Source: Moniliella sp. 'wahieum'
Taxonomy: Eukaryota
Direction: 5' to 3'
Assembly (NCBI GenBank): GCA_003971905.1
Contig: RSEE01000028.1
Location: forward strand, 372,001-436,000
DNA: 64,000 nucleotides
Part shown: positions 53,512 to 64,000 of the stretch, one piece after another
How the letters are laid out: each line of letters begins with the position of its first letter
Position numbering within the stretch: the stretch's first letter is position 1
The notes under the pieces: generated by a model
Databases searched by the model: none
Told to the model about the DNA's origin: nothing
Seen by the model: the letters and a program-made list of their open reading frames with translations, nothing else
Translations under genes and position numbers: made by a program

Positions 53512-53882
53512 GTCAATGATACTTATATACATGCCTGCTCCGGTGCCAGCCATTCATAAGGACTTGGCGATGATGGCTTCGTGCAACGCAACGACCTCTC
53601 GGACAGAGGTAGGTAAATAGCCATCTGTGCCCATCAAAGCCAAATATGAGATCCAGCTAATAGCCTAGGCCAGATCTCTGATGCTAACACGATGCACCAA
53701 TGGCCATGGGCGGAATGGGCGGAAATAAATGAGAGCTAGTAAATGGAATGGGTGTTCACGGGGAGCTGTCCAGGTGAGCATGTTGTACCTCGACCATGCC
53801 CGACCCTCCGCCCAGACGTCCGGGATTGCGTCAACGGCGCCGCTCAACCCCCTTCCGGCTGGGTCATCTGAAGGACTTTCCT

Positions 53883-54650
53883 ATGTCGGAGTGGTGGGGC
53901 AAGCAGTGGATGCTGCGCCCGGGACAGAACGGCAACTGGCCGCTGGAGATCCACGACTAGCAAGACGTGCCATTGCGGGTCGTCCAGCAGCTCCCCCCCC
54001 GGTACCGCCCCCCCAACAACGGATGTAACCCGACCCTTGTTCTGTGTCGTGTGCGCCTCGAATCAGAACCGCTCCATGGAGGCGCACAATGTTTTGTCCC
54101 ATGCAGGGATGCACGTTATTAGTGGGGGCACGGGCACCATGGTCCGTCTCCCTGGCCATCCGCCGACCAACCCAACAGTTACGCGTTCGGCACACCCTAC
54201 GAAACCATCTACCAGGACTTGCTGCACAAGGACCCGCAACTATATACCGCCAATGGTCTTCTCGCTATGCTTGACCGCAATCGGCGCGTAAAGCGCGCCC
54301 CGCAGCAGTGGCGGGACCTCAAACAGACGGCCGACGTGGTTATTACTTGCGAGGAGCATTGTTTCGACTCAGTTTGCGAAGGTATGTGGTTCCCTGAGCG
54401 GAATCTACACGTTACTAACTGTTTTTTAGACCTTTTGGCGCGCGATGGTGAGCTCAACCGCGCAGTTCATGTTATCAATGTCGAAATTCGGGATAGCCAT
54501 CAAGACGCGCTCACGGGCGGACGAGTTATCCTCGAGCTCGCCCAGGCAATTGAAGCATCTCCTGATTTGGACCAGGACATTGATCGCATCCTGACTGAAG
54601 TGTCTTCCAACCATCCGCATGTTTTACTTCACAACGTACTGTGGTACTAG
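53883..54650 (+). CDS. SSU72: RNA polymerase II CTD phosphatase Ssu72; one intron, start approximate
   Basis: [51 protein letters not shown]. Confidence 0.94.
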
Positions 54651-54959
54651 GCGCTCTACTCCATACCAAACTGGTCGTACATACTGTCGCAATACAAGGC
54701 TAGGCGCAAGCTGAGCATGTGCGTGGCATAGCATGGAACATAGGTTTTAGGTTTTAACCCTTCATGCCAGCTACTGGTAGGAGTCTAGGCCACAGGAGGG
54801 GCACAGGGTAATGTGGAGGCTAAGGTGGCAGAACAAGGAGATAGATTGTCAACTAAGATGTTCGCCTGCCTCTTTTGCCCCCGGCTCGTCCAAATAACCC
54901 TCGACTCAGGTTCAGACAGGTCAGGGCTGCTGTGCACAAAACAAACGCCACTCAGCCGC

Positions 54960-55551
54960 TTAGAACTTCATCGCGTGAGGCTTGTCCGAGTTGCTGAGCG
55001 AGAAGGTGGTGGCCAGGTACTTGACGTGGGTGGGGCCAGCCTTCTTAACAGCAATCACAGCCTGGTCAATGGACTTCTGGTCGGCAACCTTGGCAGCGGG
55101 GAGGGAGCCTTGTTGGCCGGGTCAAGGAAGAAGGCCTGCTCGGGCTTGGGGCCACGGGTCTTCTCCTGGGCGAAGTAAGCGTCCGTCACATTCTCGGGCA
55201 CCTTAACGTCGCTCACATCGATCTTAGTCGAGGTAGCGATAACGTAGGCCTGGTTGACGCGGCGGAGGGGAACACCGTTCACCTTGAAGGGGCCCGTGAC
55301 CAGCAAAAGACCAGACTCGAGCTGCTTGAGGAAGACCACACGCTTGCCGGCAAGCGGCCAGCAAGGAGGATGAGCACCGTGCCGGGCGTGATGCTGGCGC
55401 GCAGCTTCGAGGGCTTGTTGATCTTGCGCGACTGCTTGGGCTTGGGGGCGTCCACAGCCGGGTAGTACTTGTGGGCCCGCTGGGCTGGCAGCGTACGGGT
55501 GGCCTTGCCGAACGGCTTGCTCTTAGTAGCACCAGCGTTGACAGCAGCCAT
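54960..55551 (-). CDS. RPL6: 60S ribosomal protein eL6; frameshifted
   Basis: [65 protein letters not shown]. Confidence 0.96.
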
Positions 55552-56081
55552 TTTTGTCTGTGGGATGTGGAAGTTAGTTCGGAAGCGTGAATGGGTACCA
55601 GCGCGTTCGGAAGAGAGGCAACGGCGGGGAAAGTACGAGTTGAGCCTTGGTGGTCTTGCGGGTGGGGAGGACGGCGAAGAGATGGCCAGGGATGCTGACC
55701 GTAGCACCCAGCCTACAGGCGTGAAGCTAGGGTTATCAAGTCGATAATGTAGCCGGATGAATGGGAAGGACACTGGTATTGCGTTGGACTCGACGAAATT
55801 GCGCCGCAGCATTGCCCCTAGGGTTACCGGCACCTGACCTGATATCATCGATTCAATATTCACCGCTCATCTCAACGTCCCATGGAGCGGCTGAGTTGAG
55901 CGCGCCATTGGTTGTGATTGGTGCCACCGATGATCGTCATCGACTGCTCTCTGGCGAGGCGAATTCCGCGCGCACGTATTCCGCCGCATATTTTTCTTTT
56001 GCCCAAGGCCAGCTAGACCTTACCTTAGAGCTTGGCGGCTTCGGCTGCTCCACGCCCCCCACCACCTTTAATCTCTTCGCC

Positions 56082-57024
56082 ATGCCGCGCGCACGCCGGA
56101 ACAAAGTTGTCTCGCTGACGCAAACCAACAAGAAGACTAAAGCCGACAAGGAGTCCTTCGCCGATACAGTTCGCGAGACTGCTAACAAGTTCACCTATGC
56201 CTGGCTCTTCTCGATTGGCAACATGCGCAACGCCTACATCAAGGACGTGCGCCAACTCTGGGAGGGGCCGCATTTTCTTTGGAAAGAGCGGTGTCATTCG
56301 CTTTGCTCTTGGTACTGAGGAGCAAAATGAGCTCCGACCAGGTATCTCTGCTCTGTCCAACGTACGTATCTGCTCCCCTGCGATTATGGAGACAATCCTA
56401 ACCTAAACCTGTCCCACAGCGTCTATCCGGTCAAGTAGGCATTCTCTTTACCGACTCTCCCCCTGAAGAAGTGCAAGATTGGTTCGAGACCTACTCTCGT
56501 CGCGACTTTGCGCGCGCGGGCAACATTGCGACTGAAACTGTCATCCTTCCCAAGGGGCCCGTGCAAATGCGCACCTCACCGCCTGAAAACCTGCCGCACC
56601 CCATCGAGCCCCAACTGAGGCAGTTGGGTATGCCCACTGAACTGCAGAGGGTGTCCCTACTCTCCTTCGGGACTTCACCGTCTGCAAAAAGGGTGAGAAG
56701 CTGACCAAGGAGGCGGCCCAGATCCTGAAGCTTCTCCTCATCCAACAAGCTGAGTTCCGTGTTGTGCCGCTTGCCTACTGGAGCGCCGTTGCTCGCGATG
56801 ACAAGCCAGAGGGTGCATTCACTGAGCTCGAGCTCACTCCTGATCAGAAAGCCGTGATTGAACAAAGCGGAGCGGATCTTACTGTAGTTGGTCAAATCCG
56901 CAACAAAACCGATGGTTCTAAGGCTGCCCGGGCCAAAGATGAGAGCGACGACGATGAGGACATCGACATTGATGATGGCGACCAGGTTACGGACGGGATG
57001 ATGCTCCCTGCTCACCTTAGCTAA
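56082..57024 (+). CDS. MRT4: Ribosome assembly factor Mrt4; intron at about 56362-56419
   Basis: MPRARRNKVVSLTQT; NMRNAYIKDVR; FFGK; ALG; DFARAG; PHPIEPQLRQLGMPT; AQILKL. Confidence 0.93.
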
Positions 57025-57298
57025 TATGTTCTTCGCCATGCTCTATTTGCTTGCATTTCGCCACCACCACCCATTTCCTCGAATGTACTACTACCACCTA
57101 CTGGCATCTGACTCGAGTTGATGGGCTGGGCTATCCCTCAAATATGGAGACCACGGGTTGAGCAGGCACCAAAAGCGGTAACGCGGAAAAAAGTGACAGT
57201 CGAGATGTGTACAGCGAGTGAATGCAGGCGCAATTAGGTACGAAGGTTTAGAGAGTCAAGATACGAGAAAAGAGGGGAGAGAGGGGAGTGACTTGGAG

Positions 57299-59749
57299 TT
57301 ATGCCGTGGGTTTGAGCGTCACGTCGGACAGAATCTTGAACGCTTCTTTGTACACATCGAGCAGAGACTGGACGCGCTTACGCTCCAATTTGATGGTCTC
57401 GTCTTCCTCCAGCAAGTCAGAGAAGAGATTGTCACGGTAGAGACCCTTGACCAAACGGTTCTGTACCGTATCGCGCGTGAAGTTGACCAAGAGGTGCATG
57501 ATGGCCTTGGGAACAAGATCCTCGATCATTTGACGTACCACGCCAAAGTAAGATGTGATCAGTGCACGGATGAGCGTTGTTTCAATCTCTTCCCGCTCAG
57601 AGAGAGCATACTCATTGGGACTTATAGTGGTGGCCTCCAAGTGTTTGTCGAGCGATTCATGTCGTACGCCGCGCTGGACCCCTCCAGGCCCAAACGGCCA
57701 GCGAACAAGCTGGTGTTGGACCGCAGTGCGCCCGATGGACGAGTTGACGGGGCTGACCCGGTGCCCATTGCAGCCCCTGGCCCAGTAGTGGCACCGAAAA
57801 AGTAGTTGAGAAAACCATCGCCTTGTTTGTTTTTCCGGCTTGCGGCGAAAGCCCGGTGGACTGGGACGAGGTGGAAAGGCGCGCTTCACTCGGCCCAACG
57901 GCTTGGTCCGCCCCCGTGTCACACCTGGAGACACCAAATTGTCCTCGTCATCATCTCCCTCACCACTGAGGTCAGGTGAGTCAGTGCATCCGATCAAAGC
58001 CTAGTCGCGCGCTTGGAGCCATTTGCGAGAGCGACGCTGATGCAGCTGGCGTGTCTGCTCCGCGATCGAAGCCGAGTCCTTGCACAAACAGAGGGTGGTT
58101 CGTGTTGATGTACCGGCCTGGATAGAGATCAGACTCTGAACATACTCGCTCTCGGTCCCAGCCGCTCCCGCAGCAAATCCGATACCACCTCAATCAGCTG
58201 CGCATGCAGCCGGGGGAAGCGCTGCAGTTCCGTGTTGGTAATGTTGTGGCAGATTTTCATCAGTTCTTCATATACCAGCTCGACGCACCGCAGCGAAGGG
58301 GGCTCCAACAACTTAATTTGGGGCTTAATTAGCAATTCAAACGCCTGCTCTGGAACGAAGAGGCTAGGACGAGGTCCTGTGCTGTTGCGAATTGCAGTGC
58401 GAATGTCCTGCACTGCCAAGTTGCTTGTCGGGTTCAGCCCCTCGAGAGCATGGCCAAAGACGTCATTGAAGATATAATATATGCGTGCACCACCGCAAAG
58501 TTCCTTGGTCGAAATCTCAAAGGAGGTACCATCAATCGAAGCGACAAAGTCTCTGGCAAATTGGGTCATGAGCTTGAGCACCATGGCGGCTTGCTCATTC
58601 TCGTCCACATAACCGGCATCACCAAACGTGGCAAGTTCCTGCTGAGCCTGGCCCATGAGCGTGTTGAGACGCGCCTTCATATCCGGCAGTTTCTCGCGAT
58701 GTGGTTCATCAGGACAGAGTTCAATGTGCGAGCCAGGTATTTCGTGCCAGTGCGGTGAGAAATGTTGCGGTAGGCAGGATGATTGCGGAAAAAGTCCTGC
58801 TCAGCCTGACGAGCTTGGAGCATGGACACATTGCCATTAATGTCCTTTTGCGAACGATTGACTACGCCGATGAACCCAAGCTTGAGCGGATAGACCCGTC
58901 CCGTGAGAATATCCATCGCATGTGTGCCGCTGTCCATCAGGTCTAGCTTGGTTAGCACGCCGATTGTGCGCCTACCTTGCGGGTCGACGCTGCGCGCCAG
59001 TTTGAGACTGTCGCTGTTGGCCAAGTCGACATTAGCCGGGCTGATAGCGAGGATAATGCAGTTGGGCTTCGAGATGTAGTCGCGCACCAAGTCTCGGATC
59101 TGGCGTTCAATGTCGGATGGTTGATCTCCTACCGGAATCTGAAAAAAGTCAGCAAAGGCGGACCATAAAGACAGAGGGTCGTACCTTTGTTAGACCGGGA
59201 AGGTCAACCAGAGTCAGATTGAGCACATTAGGTGAGTGGATCTTGAGGTGGATTGGCAGCTTGGATACGCCCTTGTTCTGTCCAGCGACACGGTAGGTCT
59301 CGTTCTCAATCTCGCGTCGGATCTCGCTAAAGTCTGTGAAGCGGCGGTCGAGATGAAGGAACTCGCCCCATTCGTTTAGCTGCGACGAATTTAAGCTTGG
59401 GGCAGCACTGTCATCACCCTCAGACGCGCCAGTCGCGGGCCCTTTCGGCAGGGGAGTGTGGATGAGCTGCAGAACCAAGGGACGACGTGTGACAATTCCA
59501 CTCCCACGTGGAAGAAAATCCTTGCCAACAATGCTGGGCAGCGAGAAGGTTAGCAATGCGCGCTCCTGGAGGGGAATGGACGTTCAGTTGAACGTCGGTT
59601 GAACGCCGCACTCACGTCTCCAGCACCGACGACTTGCCGGAGCTCTGGGCGCCCACAACGACGCATTGCGGTAAATCAACCGAGTCGCCGCCGATGGAAG
59701 CGAAGGTCTCCTGGAGTTTGTTAACAACGTTGATAAGGTCGACGTCCAT
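57299..59749 (-). CDS. DNM1: Dynamin-related GTPase Dnm1 (mitochondrial fission); at least two introns
   Basis: [94 protein letters not shown]. Confidence 0.94.
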
Positions 59750-60137
59750 GGCAGCAGTGGCAGAAGAACACGGTCAAGCTGGGCTGCTGGATGGGTGGCG
59801 GTGGTTGAAAGGAGCCGGGGCGGGTAGCTGAGATGAGATCAATGAGCCCTGGCAGGCCAGCCATGGAAACACAGCCGCAACAGGAACACCCAGAAAAGGC
59901 ACACTGCCCCCCTACCCCAGCGATCCCACTCGCCAGCCTTCTGTGTAGGCCGTGAAGTTGGGGTTGGGGCGACGGGGCAGTGCCAGGCAGTGCCCCATCT
60001 CCGACGCGTTGTTACGTCACATGTCACATGATCGAGGTGCCCCATCGCCCTTTGGTCCCGACGATGCTGCGGACGCGTCAGACGTCATCGCGTCATCACC
60101 GGCATCACCTCTGCCGCACACCGGGAACATTCTCGGG

Positions 60138-61458
60138 ACGCGTAACGCGTAACGCGTAATCGACAATGATCTTTTGCTTTAAGTTTTGCACGTGCCAAGG
60201 ATTCAGCATCGAATCCTACCGATCAGCATTCAAGTTGAACGTTCAATGTACAACTGAACGTTCAACGTGCGTAGGCGACGGGGAACAGTGGCCAAGGTGG
60301 CGACGGGGGAACCCAGCTGACCGGCCGTAGGCCCGGTGGTCTCCTCGTTTTTTATGGAGCAGAGATGTTAAAATTCAAAGATTTGACTGAGGTGTTCTCC
60401 AAAGCTTAAAGGCCTAATGTCCACGACCTATACGATCCGTCTGCAGTGCATTTTTCCTTGTGTGTGTTAGCCTGAGGCATGTGAGGCTGAGGCAGACGGG
60501 ATGGTACCAAAGCTTATAACAATCAGCTCTACGATACTCAGTATCAGTTGAGTACTCCTCAGTCTGAGTACCAATTGCACTGCAGTCTGGTACGCGATAC
60601 TGCTCTGAGCTTAGCGCTTATCGATTATCTCGGTGGGTACGATATATGACCGTGACCGGTGACCGGTGACCCCAGTTTTTTTTCATCTCCACCGTCTGCG
60701 TCTCCAGCGTGCTTCGCCCACGATTGCGCACACCAAGTACCCCCCCCCAATATCCAACCCTCTTCAGGCTTTAAGCTTTCCCGGTTACCGATTACCGGGG
60801 TACGCGTTACGTGGCACTTGCAGTAAAAACGCTGTCATACGTACACTTTTATCCGCGGGTGGAAAACTTTTATCCGGGTGGCCTTAGGCCTTAGGCCCTT
60901 AGGCCCTTGGCCTTAGGACAATATATGGGACACAGCAGGGCAGGGCCAGCGACACGTATGCAGGGTTTCGCATATAGGCTCAGAACTGAGTCAGGCTCAG
61001 CGGGACTGTGCTGACTTTTAACTCTCAGCACTTCCGTACTTACTCTGTTTCTCATACTGTCCGGAACATTGCCATCGGCTGGTGGCAAAAGCGGCTCCAG
61101 AACAGATAGGCGCCGATGCGGGGCGTTGGATACATGAGAATATTGAGCTTGAAGCTTGAAGCTTAACCGCGTAACCGGGTATGCGGTGGCCACAGTCGCC
61201 TCCCTCGCAGATCTCAGTCATCACGCATCACACATGTAACACAGTGCACTGAAACGTTGCAATTTGAACAGGCTTACGCTGCAAGGGACTTGCGGCAAAA
61301 CGCGGCACCTCCAACGACGCTAGGCTATAGGGACTAGCTTGAAGCTTGAAGCTTGAAGCTTGAAGCTTCACTTGAAGCTTCAAAGTCGATCGATCATCGA
61401 TAAGCGCTAAAAGGAAGCTTGAAGCGATAATCGATAATCGATGATCGATGAATCGATG
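60138..61458. repeat. Dense cluster of heptamer palindromic arrays in a divergent intergenic region
   Basis: (ACGCGTA)x3 at 60138; TTGAACGTTCAA at about 60234; (GTGACCG)n at 60647-60671; (GGCCTTA)n at 60880-60917; (AGCTTGA)n at 61146 and x4 at 61336; (ATCGAT[A/G])n at 61426-61452. Confidence 0.9.
60273..60347 (+). mobile_element. Helitron-like 3' terminus (copy E)
   Basis: GGCGACGGGGAAC-type repeats, then CAGCTGACCGGCCGTAGGCCCGGTGGTCTCCTCG|T, near-identical to the end at 36321. Confidence 0.7.
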
Positions 61459-61544
61459 AAGGAACAGCCTGTTGCAGCTGGCACATCCCATCCGCCCTCC
61501 CACTGCTCCTGTGTACTAATGGCCCGTCCAGCACCCCACACTCG

Positions 61545-61578
61545 CCCCATTTCCCCATTTCCCCATTTCCCCATTTCC
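61545..61578. repeat. (CCCCATTT)x4 tandem repeat
   Basis: Seen directly; four G4 tracts on the minus strand. Confidence 0.85.
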
Positions 61579-61697
61579 TCAGCACCAGCAGCTTGGGCTC
61601 TGCGGGCAGCCATTCTTCATCTCCCCCACAGCGCCCCTGCCACCACCTCTTCTTCTCTTTCCTCCGATCATCCCCTTGGCCTGCCCCAACCCCCCCC

Positions 61698-64000
61698 ATG
61701 GACTACACCCCATCCGCACCCCGCATGGGCCTCCAGCCCGCTCCATCTTCCTCTGTACCCCCAGATCCTCACCACTCCCACTCGCCATCCCTAGCCCCCT
61801 CTCTCATCCGACCAGACGAGGCCAGTCCAGCAGCAGGGACTGGTACACCGTCCCAGGTCAACCTACGTGGGCGTCCCCGCGCTTTGACAGCTCGCATTCG
61901 GCCTCGACCCTCATTTGACCGTGGCATGGTGTCCACCCGTCCTGTCTCACTACTCCCATTCGTATGGTTTCTATTTACTTACTCTTTCCATGCAACCGTC
62001 ATTGCCTCATTGGCCTCATCCCCACTACAGATCAAGCAAGAGACACAACCCCAGCATATGGCACCCTATGACTTCCTCAAAGATGCTCCCGAAGTGAAGA
62101 AAAAATCTTTCTTTACCAACCGTCGCCCAAGCCAACTCGCCTTGCGCCTCAAGGATACCAGCCCCGAGCCTACTTCGTCATCTTCTCAGCTTCACAGCTC
62201 AGCGAGCTCAAGCTTGTTGGTCTCTCAGAACCACCACCCGCTTCGCCAGGGTCAGACAGGGGGGCTGAGTCTGCTTTCTCGTGCATTCCTCCTTCAGGCC
62301 CTACTACATCGCCCTCCCCTCCTTTCGTCGAAGCGTCACAGGGAAGATCTGTACCTGCGGCGGTCGCTTTTTCTGCTCCAGCCCGGTCCCTCTCATCTTT
62401 TTCTTACCTGCAACCATCGTCTCCTTCTGACACTCTTCACTCGCCAACCCACCACAGGGTTTTATGTCACCCACGGCTGCCTCTGTGCAAGGTAAGGATA
62501 AGCCCGGTATGACTCCTCTCCCGCCCTCTGAAGATGTGTTATTTCGCCGTCAGCCGTGCCGGGCGATGGGGGGAGTGTGCATGGGGCAGGTCAGATGACC
62601 GGGATTGGAAGAGGGAGCAGCACCTCTTCCTCAGTTGGTGTCACAACCATCGACAGAAGCGCCCCCGACGTGGCCCACACTACACCACCCTTGGACTTTG
62701 ATGACTATCTCAAGCACGCCGAGTGGACTAAAGTCATTTATTCTACCGGCGAGTCATACATTTCCTCAGCTCCAGCACAAGTCAGTTCGTCTTCCCCGTC
62801 TTTTGCCTTTGGTATGCAGGCCAAGGACGCAAGCATCGACAATTTGTTGCTCTCCCCCTATTGGGGTTGCGTTCGCCCAGCCGGGCACGTTCACGGCGCC
62901 GCAAAGGTCATCTTCGCCCCTCGTTTTCCGATTCAATGCATGACACAGATCCTGTTTCAAGCTCACCGCCACCCGCAACGATACCTATGGCAACAGGCAT
63001 GTCAAGCTTGGGATCGTTGGCCCAGTTGGCCAATGCCTTCCGCGACGCGCGCAACAAGGACAAAAATGGACAGGCACAACCTCGTTTAAGCCTCCGGACG
63101 TTATGATGCCTATACACCCATTTCCACAATCCGCGTTGGATGCGACGGGGAGCGGGGTCGACTTACCTTTGCCGGGGGGGTTGCCAGAGCTGACTGACCT
63201 GGTCCCCTCAGGACCATCAGATGACCTGCTTTTCCCTAGATATGTCTCGTCCTGTAAGTCAAGCGGGTAGCTCCGTGGGCGGTGGCTGTGCAGGAGCCGG
63301 TCATTCAGTTTCCAGCCTTCATGATGGGTTGCGTGCCTATGCACCCTCTGAAACGGCTGGAGGGTGACCAGCGACCTGGCCTACACATCTCATTCGTTTT
63401 CAGCCCGCTCCGAGGGGACGGGAGGAGTGTACGGCGGTGCATCAATGCCTGATTTGGGCATTAGCCCTCCCACTGAGACGATGGAAGGAGTCCCCACGGG
63501 ACGACGTCCGTCGGTTCAATCGCAGAAACGTATCTCTTTCAAAGGACGTACGCTCTTGCGCCATTTACGCACCAAAAGCAGCGAAGGTTTGTGGGCCACC
63601 AAAATCCGACAGACAACACCGTCGCCCAATCCACGCCCGCCTACTTTCTTTCACGATTCAGCTCCCGCACCTCCGTGCGGGGCTGGCGCATCTTCTCGAC
63701 CTTCTGCGTTGGCTGCCACAATGCTCCCACATACAACCTCCGAGGGCAAGTCGGGTCCGACATCGACTTTAACAGTCGTGACAAACGCAACGGGCAGTTC
63801 GTTCTCCTCACTAAACGATCAACCACCGTGCCACTTACCTTCAACGTCCACCGGCGACGGTGTCCCTATGGGCCCGCGCCGCCAGTCGGACGAGCATGAG
63901 TTACTGGCGATGGACTCGAAATACCCCCCCACGACGCCGACCATACCCATTTCGCCTTTGACAGTTCCATGCCACAGGAATGCGAGCAAGAGAGACGAGT
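61698..64000 (+). CDS. Hypothetical large Ser/Pro-rich protein; frameshifted, probably runs off the window
   Basis: CCATGG start (MDYTPSAPRMGLQP), then successive low-complexity ORFs on the + strand. No domain recognised. Confidence 0.4.

Noticed and set aside
55865..55873. PAC-like GAGATGAGC motif upstream of MRT4
   Set aside because: Single short match. A similar motif occurs upstream of the unrelated DNM1, and none was noticed at MAK5.
60138..61458. CRISPR-like or restriction-site-array (synthetic polylinker) interpretation of the palindromic repeats
   Set aside because: There is no constant repeat with unique spacers and no cas gene. The arrays are degenerate and dispersed through many native intergenic regions of a eukaryotic genome.

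Overview
Gene-dense, GC-rich fungal genomic DNA. The sparse short GT-AG introns and the gene set suggest a basidiomycete, probably Ustilaginomycotina (inference). About 20 genes are recognisable: HOG1, a Kin4-like kinase, Dma1, DHX35, MAK5, a multicopper oxidase, DAHP synthase, eL28, PET117, an HBN1/FRM2-type nitroreductase, AUR1, a Gti1/Pac2 factor, eL33, a DUF1746 protein, Scm3, SSU72, eL6, MRT4 and DNM1. Most carry single-base indels, best explained as unpolished long-read errors rather than pseudogenisation. Mobile DNA consists of one full-length Ty1/copia retrotransposon (20688-25985, ATCAT target-site duplication) and a family of small non-autonomous Helitron-like elements with A|TC...hairpin...CTAG/CTCG|T ends. 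The most striking unexplained signal is in intergenic and promoter DNA: many 7-bp-period tandem arrays that differ in sequence but share one grammar, a 4-bp palindrome plus a TnA spacer (for example AGCT-TGA, TGCA-TGA, CCGG-TAA, CGCG-TAA, GGCC-TTA, CTAG-TGA, TCGA-TGA, CATG-TGA). The copia element sits inside one of these arrays. All calls were made by eye from motifs, and gene ends affected by frameshifts are approximate.
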